A stretch of DNA of 64,000 bases from Williopsis jadinii (taxonomy: Eukaryota), in NCBI GenBank assembly GCA_024346625.1, contig AP024664.1, positions 4,340,001 to 4,404,000 of the forward strand. The letters are read 5' to 3'. Below, in pieces: positions 19,832-31,225 of the stretch. Under the pieces are notes generated by a model. That model made no database searches. It was not told the DNA's origin and saw only the letters and a list, made by a program, of their open reading frames with translations. Made by a program: the position numbers and the translations under genes. How positions within the stretch are numbered: position 1 is the stretch's first letter; every line of letters starts with the position of its first letter.

Positions 19832-21442
19832 TCATTGCTTCAAGGCCTCAGTGACAATACCTGCGATCTTAATGGCCTTCTCTTCCTCATAACGCATACA
19901 GTATATCTGCGCACACACAGGCATTCCTTCGAACAACTTGTAGTCCCACAACTCTTTCGTCTCTTGGTCAAAATCGTTCAATGGCTCATAGACAGCCTCC
20001 ACATTATCCTCTTCAGAGACTTTGGTGACTGGGATGATAACACTTGTGTAGTCTAAGTAGTTGGCAGGGTATGTATAGGAGCAATGGTATATCTTTGCTT
20101 CACCAGCAGGATAAGATGTGGATTCCCAAGCTGGCGATATAAAACAATCCATGCGTCCTCCACTTGGACCACTTGTCGACAGCCAAGCCTTATCGTAAGC
20201 CTGTTGACACTCGTATTTGATCTTTGCTTGTTGCCAGTGCTCAGTAACTGTCAACTCTTTCAAATCGTCTTCATAACCCAGGAACTGTGGGATAGGTGGT
20301 TCTCCAGTCTTTGCAATTTCATTCTTTGTCTCTCTATAGCCATCTGCTGTTAAGATCTCTAACAAATTGTCCTTGAGTGTCTGCGCAGGGATTGGATGCT
20401 CCCATTCAATAACCTCGTGGCCTGCTTTCTTTAGCTTCTCAGCAAGCAGTTCCAAACCACGTTGAACAGGTGGGTGCGGTGTAATCACGCCATTGTTCTT
20501 CATGATACCAATCGTCAACTTCTTTGGCAATTCAACCTGTCTCCATTCGATTGGTGGACATTTAGGGTCCTTAAGCCATGGTTTCGAATCGATAATCAGC
20601 TTCACAAAGAACTCCAGATCTTGCAAATTTTGAGCAGATGGGCCAATAACAGAGGGAACGATTGGCTGATAAGCATATGAATTCGTCACTTTGCAGTATG
20701 GCAATCTGCCAGTAGATGCTCTAATGGCAAACAACCCTTGGAATGTTGCAGGGATTCTGATCGAACCCCCAATATCAGTGGATAGACCAATGAGAGAACC
20801 ACGACACCCGATCAACGAAGACTCACCTCCAGAAGAGCCTCCAGGGGATAGTTTGTTGTTAAAGGCATTCAACGTTTGCCCGTGCAAGTTTGAAAAGGTG
20901 TCAGCAGCCATCATGGCCATTGGTACTGCAGTTTTTACGTAGAACACGGCTCCTGCATCGTAGAGGATCTCTGCAATTACCGAAGTGTCCTCTTTGCTCT
21001 TTGGATGGAAGGCCAATGAGACGTAGCCAATGGAGGAATCCAACCCTTCCAGATTGATCTGGTCCTTCAAGGAGATTGGTAGGCCATGCAATGGGCCTTT
21101 CAACTCTCCGGTAGTCTCATAGTACTCGTCCAATTCCTTTGCACGAGCAAAGGCCCTATCAAAGAAGATCTCGGAGCAGCAATTGATCAATTGATGCGCC
21201 AGAGCTGCTCTATGACAGAAGGCCTTTGTAATCTCATACGAAGTCAGTGTCTTATCCTTGATTTCCCTTTGCAATTCTAACAATGACTTGTGAACTATCG
21301 CTGTCTCTTCCGCAGGTAAGACAGAATTCAGGTATTCGTATGCATTTCTCACATCTGTTGGCTTCTCTTCAAACAGCCACTCTTTAGGAATCTGAGAATT
21401 GACAGAGTCTCTCTTCTGTTGTGCAATCTCTTGCCAGGTCAT
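19832..21442 (-). CDS. Amidase-signature family enzyme (Amd2/AmdS acetamidase-like)
   Basis: GPLHGLPISLKD (catalytic Lys), GGSSGGE, TDIGGSIRIPA. Likely start MTWQEIAQQKR at 21442. Confidence 0.92.
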   Translation of the reverse strand: MTWQEIAQQKRDSVNSQIPKEWLFEEKPTDVRNAYEYLNSVLPAEETAIVHKSLLELQREIKDKTLTSYEITKAFCHRAALAHQLINCCSEIFFDRAFARAKELDEYYETTGELKGPLHGLPISLKDQINLEGLDSSIGYVSLAFHPKSKEDTSVIAEILYDAGAVFYVKTAVPMAMMAADTFSNLHGQTLNAFNNKLSPGGSSGGESSLIGCRGSLIGLSTDIGGSIRIPATFQGLFAIRASTGRLPYCKVTNSYAYQPIVPSVIGPSAQNLQDLEFFVKLIIDSKPWLKDPKCPPIEWRQVELPKKLTIGIMKNNGVITPHPPVQRGLELLAEKLKKAGHEVIEWEHPIPAQTLKDNLLEILTADGYRETKNEIAKTGEPPIPQFLGYEDDLKELTVTEHWQQAKIKYECQQAYDKAWLSTSGPSGGRMDCFISPAWESTSYPAGEAKIYHCSYTYPANYLDYTSVIIPVTKVSEEDNVEAVYEPLNDFDQETKELWDYKLFEGMPVCAQIYCMRYEEEKAIKIAGIVTEALKQ

Positions 21443-21646
21443 GGTATAATAGGTGGTTCGCTTGAATTGGTTTATTACCCGTGTATAGAGACCAGAACAA
21501 GTACCAAAGGTGGCCCAAGACTCGGCTTTTATATCTGCTGCCTTGGTCCTTTTCATAACTGAGCCGCAGATCAACGCTAACAATAACCCCAATGGGTTCA
21601 TTGCAGCTTTGGTGATTGATCTTATCTCCTTTGATTAGGCGGGAGT

Positions 21647-21733
21647 GTGTGGCTAAGCATGCGCTATACCCTTTTCGGCCGAGAGGGTATGTGGATAAGC
21701 ATGTGCAATGCACTTTTCGGCGAAGGAGTATGT
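21647..21733. repeat. Degenerate ~42-bp tandem duplication in the amidase promoter
   Basis: tgtggctaagcatgcgctatacccttttcggccgagagggta versus tgtggataagcatgtgcaatgcacttttcggcgaaggagta. Confidence 0.75.
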
Positions 21734-23536
21734 ATGTGTTCCTGTACTGAGCTGATACCTAACAAAGGCGTGATGTTTTACATTGATATGTGATAATGGT
21801 GCTTTCCAGGACTGAGAGGGAGTTCAGCAAGAAGAAGTCAATGGTATAGTGTGAGATGGTGTGGATAGAAAGCTTGTATGATGCTAGTGCTGTAGGTTAC
21901 TGATCTTAGTTTTCTGTCGAAGTAAGGTCCGAGGCAAATGGAGCCAGAATGGTATGGTAGTGTATAGAGATCATCTGAACTATAAGTGAGAGAAGAAGAT
22001 GTGTGGACGGTTACTTGCACTATCAAACTTATAGTTCACAGAATGCCCATTGTATGCAATCAGAGAACACACGTTTGATCCACTCATAGAAGAATGCGAT
22101 ACAGTATGGTGGAATGTCGCCAACATCATGTTTTACTGTGGAATATCACAGAATACAAAGGTTGGCACGGAGATATATATGGCTTATGCTACGAGCGTAT
22201 CCGCTCGTCATATTCTGGTTAAAGGTACTGTTGTCTGGGATGTGTTGAATTAAAGACCGTGATGAAGTTGGTGTTCAGTCAGTTAGATAGTAATAGTTGT
22301 AGACCGAGAGTCTAAGTAGCTGGGCCCCAGTTTGATTCCAATGCTAATTGGATTACAGCACATTTAGGACTCTAATGACCGTTGGAGGCTAAGTAGAGCA
22401 ATTCTTTATCTAGGCTCGGAGAAGATCATAATGTTACAAACATTAGGTGTGTTAACAGAAAGACGGCTCTCTGGTATTTGTACGACCTTAAGGAACAACA
22501 TAATATACTGCTGCCACAAGCTTTCACCACAGACTTGGAAGGAAGAGTCGATGAGGTGTATTAGAACTATAGTGGAAATGCTTCAAATTCAGCCTTATAT
22601 GAGTAGGTCGCACAATCCAAGAGGCAGGTTGGCTACAACAGCTCAGAATTCGAATATAACCCATGCGGAAAGACCTGTGAATAAACTCTGGAACCAGTAG
22701 AGCAAAAGACAAGTCATACTTCACAGTATAAACATTCCATAATTCCGGTAGCAACGTCTATGTCAACATGAGAGTACAAGGAAACAGTCTCTAGCATAGC
22801 CGAGGTCCATGAGTGCTCATAAGGTCCATGGGCTTGCGTATAACAATATATATATTATATAATACAAAACCAATATGATATATTTATACAGCATTTGAAA
22901 GTTTCACAACCATTTACCATATATTGATTTTAATTAATGAAATGGCTTCACTCTTGTCCTTCTTGAACTTTTCTGAAATCTTTCAGCAGATCATTTTCAA
23001 ACACTAAATTGTATCAAAGATACTAGCAATAAAAAATTCATAATTAATCAATTATTCAAGTAATTAGGAGGATACCAGAGACATATATATCATGAAATTA
23101 ATACATACATGGCAAAGTACATCTCTATCGTGAGGTGGGTACTGGACAGCGGATGGTATATACCAGATGTATGATAACACCTGAACACCACACAAGCACC
23201 GAGTTGCGCCAATGGTTGGTGTCCAGGTTTACACTTTCGCTATTTTTTTCCGTTTTCACTCACGTTTGTTCTTGTACGTGAGACGGTTGCATGGAGAGCC
23301 ACAGGGTGCTGGTGCCAGTGTGAGTGATTCTGTAGACAGAAAGGACAATGATGTACATGTTAATTGTACGACTGTCCTGGTATCCTCTTGGTACAGCAAT
23401 TAGTCCGACATGGCATCTATGACAAAGTTAGGATAATGTGGCCTTGTTACCTCTGAACACTCGTCTAGCTAATTATACCTTTTGGAAATCATATCATTTA
23501 AACATTATAGGTTTGTAAATCGTAAATAGCAAATAT

Positions 23537-25216
23537 TCAGAAGCCTTTCTCCAAGTCACCCTCAACTGAGACTTGGCTGACATTTTCAACAAAGTCTTGC
23601 TCACTCTTAATATCAAGGTTGCCTTCTTCAGCTTCCCTGATATGGGCAATACCAGAGTTATCTGGACAAAGCTTAGCACCTTTTCTTCCAATAACATACC
23701 ATGGTAAATCGAACAGGTCCTCCATACTCTCCAAAGATCTCCCTGCAATCTCTGGAAGGAAAAACCATGCCCAGAATAAACCAAGCAGAAGAACTGCACT
23801 TGCAAAGAAGAAAGTTCCAGCAGGTGTCAGTGAGATCAACATAGTTGGCAGAGCCTTTGTGTTACCGTATTGATTTGCAAAATGGAAGGCCATGATCAAT
23901 GCTGTACCAATATTACGGACTCCCAATGGTAACATTTCGGAATTGATCAAGTACTGGATCGAATTCCAACCCAGTGTCCAACCCACTCCTGTCATGAACA
24001 ACATAGCCAATGCACCAACACCAGCGTGTTTCTTTGAACCTGTCATTGTGTAATCGTCATCAGTTGCCTGTGGAACTATCTGGAAAAAGAGTGCAACGTA
24101 TAGAGTTGCAAGGAACTGAATCGTCATACCCAGGTAGAGCGCCTTTTTACGCCCAAGGAAGTCAATGACGAAGAATGCACCTATATAGGCAGAGCTGAAC
24201 TTCACAACACCCAATATGGCAGAGTATAGCAACTTCTTTGTTCCTCGAACACCAACAAGTGCAACCAGCTCTGGCATATAAACTGTAATACTTCCTGCAC
24301 ATGACCATTGTCCCAGGATCTGAGCAGAAAGGGCAAGCAGGATACGATAACGAATTGATTTGACGAAGAACAATTCTTTAAGGGCCTTGAGCTTTGAAAC
24401 CTTTCCTGTAGCCTCTTTTTCAACATACAACTGTTCTTGAATATCACTGACTTCAGACAAAATATAAGGATGATCCTCTGGAAGGTGTCTGATTTTTGAG
24501 AGTACAAGTCCCGATTTTTCAACATTGCCTGACTTGACGAGCCATCTTGGAGATTCATGACACAGGAATGAACCAACGAGTAAAAGACCAGCAATCACAA
24601 TCTTTATTGCCGTTGGCACAACCCATTGCTTTGAAGAGCTGGCCGGCATGTGCAGTGCACAACCGTAGTTGATGAAATTGGACATGAAGGAGCCAAAGTA
24701 AACTGCTCCTGCAAATATACAGTTTGCCAAACCACGGATGTTCTTTGGAGCAATCTCAGACAAGTAACAAGGACCAATAACCACAGTTTGACCAATGCAC
24801 AAGCCTTCCATTAGCCTACCAACGTATAATTGACCAATCTTTTTCGATGTTATCTGAATAACGACAGCGACTATCCAACCTACGCAAACACCTTGCAAAG
24901 TTCTAATACGCCCAAACTTGTCCACGAAGTACATCGCCAGTAGAGAACCACCAATGGAGCCTAGTATCACCATAGAAGTGATGTTCGACTTTAGATTGGC
25001 CAATTCTGTTGCTGTTTTTGTAGGATCATTCAACCCAAACTGGTTTTTGAACGATGACTTCGTTACAATACCTCCAATGTAACCTTCGTCATAACCACGG
25101 GCACAGCCCAGGATACCAAAAACAAAAATGGCAAAATACAGAGTCCTGTTGAAAATCTCTGGTGGTGCACCTGCCGTGTTGTAAAATTTACTGAAGAAGT
25201 TCTTGAATACAGCCAT
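23537..25216 (-). CDS. MFS sugar-porter family transporter, quinate-permease-like (copy A)
   Basis: RGYDEG, DKFGR, YLSEIAPKNIRG, ESPRWL, GQWS, GWNSIQYLINSEM, PEIAGRSLESM. Start MAVFKNFF at 25216. Confidence 0.9.
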   Translation of the reverse strand: MAVFKNFFSKFYNTAGAPPEIFNRTLYFAIFVFGILGCARGYDEGYIGGIVTKSSFKNQFGLNDPTKTATELANLKSNITSMVILGSIGGSLLAMYFVDKFGRIRTLQGVCVGWIVAVVIQITSKKIGQLYVGRLMEGLCIGQTVVIGPCYLSEIAPKNIRGLANCIFAGAVYFGSFMSNFINYGCALHMPASSSKQWVVPTAIKIVIAGLLLVGSFLCHESPRWLVKSGNVEKSGLVLSKIRHLPEDHPYILSEVSDIQEQLYVEKEATGKVSKLKALKELFFVKSIRYRILLALSAQILGQWSCAGSITVYMPELVALVGVRGTKKLLYSAILGVVKFSSAYIGAFFVIDFLGRKKALYLGMTIQFLATLYVALFFQIVPQATDDDYTMTGSKKHAGVGALAMLFMTGVGWTLGWNSIQYLINSEMLPLGVRNIGTALIMAFHFANQYGNTKALPTMLISLTPAGTFFFASAVLLLGLFWAWFFLPEIAGRSLESMEDLFDLPWYVIGRKGAKLCPDNSGIAHIREAEEGNLDIKSEQDFVENVSQVSVEGDLEKGF

Positions 25217-27307
25217 GTTTGAAACTGCTGTTATATGTAGAGCTGTTGCTACTTGAAGATTCCCAACTGTAACTCTTGCATCATAGGCGAACATATGTGG
25301 GTATTTATACTTGGAAAATACAACCAGGTTCCACAGCCCAGTTAGAACACGACAGTGTTAACCAAACATAGAGCATTGACCGTAACAGTTGGTATACACC
25401 GTGATCACTCAAGTAGCGGTGGTTGTTCCTTCCCCCAACAGCACACAGGATGATGCCGTTTACGTCCTTATGCGTCGTTGCATAAACGGCTGGGAGTGCT
25501 GTAAGCGGGGGGTAGGCTATTTTTTCTCAATCAGTAGACGGAGGTTCACGGAGAAATTACTTAGCGTCAAGGCAGGCAAGCGGAGTGACCGTCTTGGCTC
25601 ACTGAGCATGGTAAGCCCCCAATAGGCCTTGTTAATCAATCCTAGGCAGAGGGAAAGTTTTCAATTCGACGTACGCTGCAATGGGTTTATTAAAAGAAAA
25701 CCAAGACGACCAAGACGACCAAGACATGGGACGGACATTTGATGCAATGGTCCGACGAGCTTCTTCTGATTTGAGTTTTATGGCCATGAGTTCTGTTGCA
25801 ATATCTTTACATCGATTGGATTAGAAGAACATTGGAAGACATTCCTTCATCTGAGATTCAGTCCATGGTGTGAGTGTGTGTGATCATCTCTGTGATCCAT
25901 TCACCCGCTTCTGATAGAAATAACGTAGCAAGGAGCAAGCCCAATGTACAAAGTTGACTAATGATCTGCGGTTTTGCTTAGTTCTGCTGGAACTTTTCTC
26001 CTTTCACGTTGCGGGAGAGGGAGCTTGATGCATTGGAAAGCAATTCACTGCCTATGCGTACAGGATTCCAAGGGACAAAGTTTGTAATATGCAGTCGGAA
26101 GAATTCTTCCAATGATGTGGGGAGTGGTGGAGATAACTGTACAGTCATCGTTAATATGATTGTAATTGGCTACGAGACTCATTACTCATGCTTCTTTCAT
26201 CATGAGTACCACTGGTAATGGCCTCCTAACAGGAGCAATAAACACTGAGATCAATAGGCATTCTAAAGAACCACTGAACATACCTTAAGGCACGCTATAC
26301 AGTATACTATAGCTGATCACTAATCGAACTTGTGAAGACATACACACATGCACATGGTATATATGATGTTATGGGAGAATTAACGCCAGCACAGTGCTAG
26401 CCAATCAGCAGATACAAGACAAGTGCTCCGCAATTTATCGAGCTCTAGAAAGCCCTATATAAACTTCAGACCCAGATGACATCATGTCAGTGGTTATGTC
26501 TTCACTAAACAGTACACAAGGTTTTTAAGGGAAAAGAAGGTTACTACGGCCGACGATCAACAGCTGTCACCATGGCAGCCCAACATCTCTTTGGAACATA
26601 GCTAGTAGGACGGAGCAAACCGGGAGTTACTCATTTCTCCGCACTTCTCTGTAGAGGAGATGGTTGTTGTTTGTCGCAGCAAGCGGTGTGTGCTTCAATG
26701 TATGATGTGCAACAGTTGTTGTTGAAGCATCTAAGGCCCACTGCGGAGGTAAGTACATACACATGAGCTTCCCCCACTTATCGCCCAATTGCAAGCACGT
26801 ACATATCGGATCGGAAAGATTAGTCAACCAGCTTCCTATTTGGCCAATTTGAGACCGTCCTGGGGATCTTCTGGTCTTGCACACCACAGTTTAATGCCTC
26901 CAAATGGCTATTATTAATAATTCAAGATAGTTTATCATTTGTGTCAGTTAAGATTCAAATGCCGTAGTAAATGCGACATACTTAGTACCAGCATTGAGAA
27001 TATCGAGTGGCTCAGCAAATACCATGCATTGAATCCTTATGGCTTCCAGATTGAGCGATATCAGCACAGTGTGTATCAGCTCTTGAATCCAAACTTCAGG
27101 TTCAGAGGAATGTTAATAAAGTGAATAGAAACACCATGTACTCTATACATCTTTTCTGGTTCGCAGTATCTTTCTACATCAAATCAACTACAAAGTATAT
27201 TGAATACGATAAGTCTTTCTCACAGCTTCACACTGAACCATTTTACTCTGCCGGAACTGATTGATATGAATAAATTCGTTGAAATGGGGACCTCATGAAT
27301 GGAGAGT

Positions 27308-27355
27308 AGATGTCTGGGTGTTTAGATGTCCAGATGTCAAGGTGTCCGGGTGCTT
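27308..27355. repeat. 8-bp-period RRRTGTCY array (telomere/Rap1-site-like), 6 units
   Basis: agatgtct gggtgttt agatgtcc agatgtca aggtgtcc gggtgctt. Confidence 0.75.
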
Positions 27356-27490
27356 ATATGGTTGGAGCACTACTTGCGTGATCGGCCCCCATACTGCTAA
27401 CACCGACGCAATCTACAAGACAGAATTGCTCAAAGAGGCTCCAGTGCGAGCAAGACGAGAAGGAAGTGGATATTACTCGAAGGTTTGACA

Positions 27491-27976
27491 ATGGAGGGAA
27501 TCAACAAGTACCACGATACAGTGCTGAAGTACATCTACAGCCGAATGAGATACCGTGAATGTGCAGATACCAAATATGCCAACATCATGCTTGACTTAGC
27601 TTTCCCAAAGCTCGAGCCATGGGCTAAGGATTTGGAAGCAATGAACCCACAGACGCAGGAGGATTTGGACTCTTTCGATTGGGATATCGAAGAGGAAGTT
27701 GAAGACTTGGTTGCATCTATCGAGGCCAAGTTCCAAACGTCTGAGGATAACTTGGAAGATATGAGCGATGAATCGCTATCCTTAATCACCAACATTAATG
27801 GAGAGAAACCTGGGGATGATATATGGCCAAAGAACAAATCTGACTTCAATTCGAAAGCCCCAGAACAGCTGAAGAAGCTAGCAGACTTCTATGGCATTGG
27901 GAAGACTCCTAATACTCGTGATCTCTCAGATGACCAAGTCAAAAGTCTACTAGGAGAAATCATTGGAATTTGTTGA
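27491..27976 (+). CDS. Acidic hypothetical protein (161 aa), C-terminus resembling Mrp8/Mug135-C-type domains
   Basis: Intact ORF with coding-like composition. C-terminal pattern NxxGExP...WPK...F...LxKLxxFYG...LxxxIGI. The family assignment is from memory only. Confidence 0.6.
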   Translation: MEGINKYHDTVLKYIYSRMRYRECADTKYANIMLDLAFPKLEPWAKDLEAMNPQTQEDLDSFDWDIEEEVEDLVASIEAKFQTSEDNLEDMSDESLSLITNINGEKPGDDIWPKNKSDFNSKAPEQLKKLADFYGIGKTPNTRDLSDDQVKSLLGEIIGIC

Positions 27977-28920
27977 GAGTCATGGACTCATCTCCAGGTA
28001 TCCTTGCCAGCAATTATTTATAATCTTTCTGTTCTGACCCTTGGTTTAATATGTGCATCACACTACCTGGTAGTGTCTCATCTACGTGTATATAAACCAT
28101 TATTTTGAAATCTGGGTTGTGTAATCATAACAGGCCTAACTGGAGCCCGGTATTATCCGAATGAAGCTCTGTAGGATAGTTTATTCCAAATGTAGTTTCG
28201 ACTAATAGAACGAGCTCAAGTAGCTCTTAACCCCTCTTGTGAATCGTGATGCAGTTACAAATAGATGGGCTTCCTAAAACAGTACAATTAGCCTACATTG
28301 ACCTCAAACGTGGTGGAGGCCAAGCTCCATTCTTCGCACTGTAAACGCGCGAGGACAACCTACACATTTCACTCATAGTGAACCTCACTAATGCGATGAA
28401 ATACATTCATACTCAGTTGACGTAATGGACTCCCCCTCTCCCAGGATTCAACTGTAGGAACGTCAAATGTCAAACAAAAGAAGTTACCCCAATGATTGAG
28501 GTTCAGGCTACATATGCAAAGGATCGAATATTCAGCATTAATGGACAAGAATGACAAGGACAAGACAGTACCTAAACTCTGTAAAGCTAGAAAGGACAAG
28601 ACATTCTTAATATCTTCCCATTAACTAAGCTTTATGGCCCAGAAATATTCCTTTGTTAACGGTGCTAAGACCTTGAGTTTGTCATAAATTACGAACCTTT
28701 ACAACTATACATAAAACTGTAAGAGTGTACCACAGCGAACACATTTTATACAGGTGTAGCGAGAGATCATGATTTCTCCACCTTTCCAATACCCTTGAAG
28801 TCAGTCATGGTGTCTGGGATCCAATGAGCCTTTGGTGAATTACCCATCTATATAAAGAATACTTTAACACCTCGTCAAGATGGTTCTATATAATTGTTCT
28901 ATAAGTAATCTTAAATTCAT

Positions 28921-30630
28921 ATGCAATCTATCAAGCAGTTCTTTGCAAAATTCTATAGCACAGAAGGAGTACCCTCAGAGATTTTCAACAAGACTCTTTA
29001 CTTTGCCATCTTTGTCTTTGGTATTCTTGGGTGTGGACGTGGTTACGATGAAGGCTACATCGGTGGTGTTGTTTCCAAACAGCCATTCATCGACACCTTT
29101 GGGCTCGATAATCCATCGTGGTCAGAATCTTATGAGGCTAATGTGGAATCCAACATTACCTCCATGGTCATTCTAGGCTCCATCGGTGGTTCCCTTTTCG
29201 CCATGTACTTCATCGATAGATTTGGTCGTGTCAGAACATTACAAGGTTCTCTAATCTTGTGGATTGTTGCTGTCATCATTGAAATCACCTCGACTGATTT
29301 GGGCCAGCTCTACGCTGGTAGACTCATAGAGGGACTTGCTATTGGCCAAACTGTGGTTATTGGCCCTTGTTATTTGTCTGAGATTGCTCCAAAAAACATC
29401 CGTGGTTTGGCAAACTGTATCTTTGCAGGTGCAGTTTACTTTGGCTCCTTCATGTCCAATTTCATCAACTACGGTTGTTCACTTCACATTGACACCAATT
29501 CACAAAAGCAGTGGATTATTCCAACAGCAATAAAGATTGTTGTCGCTGGTCTTTTGTTTATTGGCTCTTTATTCTGCTTTGAATCCCCAAGATGGCTTGC
29601 TAAAAAGGGCCAGGAGGAAAAGGCTAGCATTGCCCTTTCGAAGATTAGAAACTTGCCCACTGACCATCCATATGTACTTTCAGAGTTGAGTGATATCCAA
29701 GAGCAAATCTCTGTTGAAATCCTGGAGCACGGGAAAATGACCAAATTCGGTGCATTTAAGGAACTCTTTACGATCAAATCCTTACGTTATCGTATCCTTC
29801 TCGCATTGTCTGCACAGATTCTTGGACAATGGTCATTTGCTGGAAGTATCACCGTTTATATGACTGAGCTTGTTGCACTTGTGGGAGTTACGGGAACAAG
29901 AAGAGTTCTCTATTCAGCCATTCTCGGTGTTGTGAAGTTCAGCTCCGCATATATTGGTGCCTTCTTTGTCATCGATATCTTGGGTCGTAAGAAGGCATTG
30001 CTTATGGGTATCACCATTCAATTGATAGCAACTTTGTATTTTGCTATATATTTACAAATAGTTCCACAAGCTACAGAAAACAATATGCAATTAACAGATT
30101 CTCAATCAAGAGCAGGTGTTGCAGCTTTGGCCTCATTGTTCATCACTGGTGTCGGGTGGACCCTTGGTTGGAATTCAATCCAATATCTGATTAACTCTGA
30201 GATGCTTCCAATACACGTTCGTCACATTGGTACCGCATTGATCATGATTTTCCATTTTGCAAACCAATACGGCAACACAAAGGCCTTACCTTCCATGTTG
30301 ATCTATTTGACACCAGCTGGAACATTCTTCTTTGCAAGTGCTATTCTTGTCATTGGCCTTTTCTGGGCTTGGTTCCTATTACCAGAGATCGCCGGTAGAT
30401 CCTTAGAGAGTATGGAGGAGCTTTTCAATCTTCCATGGTTTCTCATTGGAAGAAAAGGAGCCCAGCTCTGTCCAGACCATTCAGGCATTGCACACATCAA
30501 ACAAAATGGTGAAATAACAGAGATGAACATTAAGAGCGAGCAGGAGTTTGTCGAGGAGGTTTCCAATTACTCCGGGAATTCTTCATCGAACAACCAGAAG
30601 AACGTTGATTTGGAAAAGGGTGCCCACTGA
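28921..30630 (+). CDS. MFS sugar-porter family transporter, quinate-permease-like (copy B)
   Basis: Colinear paralogue of 23537-25216 with the same motifs, divergently oriented. Confidence 0.9.
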   Translation: MQSIKQFFAKFYSTEGVPSEIFNKTLYFAIFVFGILGCGRGYDEGYIGGVVSKQPFIDTFGLDNPSWSESYEANVESNITSMVILGSIGGSLFAMYFIDRFGRVRTLQGSLILWIVAVIIEITSTDLGQLYAGRLIEGLAIGQTVVIGPCYLSEIAPKNIRGLANCIFAGAVYFGSFMSNFINYGCSLHIDTNSQKQWIIPTAIKIVVAGLLFIGSLFCFESPRWLAKKGQEEKASIALSKIRNLPTDHPYVLSELSDIQEQISVEILEHGKMTKFGAFKELFTIKSLRYRILLALSAQILGQWSFAGSITVYMTELVALVGVTGTRRVLYSAILGVVKFSSAYIGAFFVIDILGRKKALLMGITIQLIATLYFAIYLQIVPQATENNMQLTDSQSRAGVAALASLFITGVGWTLGWNSIQYLINSEMLPIHVRHIGTALIMIFHFANQYGNTKALPSMLIYLTPAGTFFFASAILVIGLFWAWFLLPEIAGRSLESMEELFNLPWFLIGRKGAQLCPDHSGIAHIKQNGEITEMNIKSEQEFVEEVSNYSGNSSSNNQKNVDLEKGAH

Positions 30631-31225
30631 GACAGCTATTTATAACCCATGTTATTATTATTTATGACGATATATAGTGTTAACTACACATAGAAGTTTG
30701 TAGAGTTGAGGCAAGGTTCAAGGGGGTTTAATGTTCCTACATAATTGCTTACGTTTCAGAAGTACGCAACCAATTCCTTATGAAGCAATTTGAAATAAAA
30801 ACTACAACATCACATGGGTCTTTAGGCTCTTCAGAAGCTCTCAACAGACGTGGCTGTGACGTTAAATCTAATATTGTTTATTGACAACCGGTTTACTATA
30901 CACTGTATGTAGCTAATTGCTTCGTATATTGGGATTACTAATGCCAGTTTTTTCCACTGAATATAGGATTTTGGACAGTGTGTCTTTATTCAAATAACAC
31001 GTCACACCAAAGTCAGCCCATCTGACCAGCCTTTGATATAATGTGATTGATAACTAAGCGATAAAATGATTTAACATGTTCATCAGGAAACGCGCGCTCA
31101 TAACCGATGATATTCGGAATTGAAATCCAGTGCATCGGAATTTCCCTCCACTTTGGAGTTGTCAGAATTAGTACAGTATCTTTTCATAAGCAATCATACA
31201 AAAGTCCGCTAGATACAAAGGGACA

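Noticed and set aside
22840..23110. AT-rich tract as possible origin or point centromere
   Set aside because: No CDEI/CDEIII-like ends; composition alone is insufficient.
26700..27120. Minus-strand peptide-like run with a GTATGT donor
   Set aside because: No start codon and no spliced open frame could be built.
27396..27424. GCTAAC plus AAG/CAG suggesting an intron upstream of the orphan ORF
   Set aside because: No canonical donor at a distance typical for this genome.
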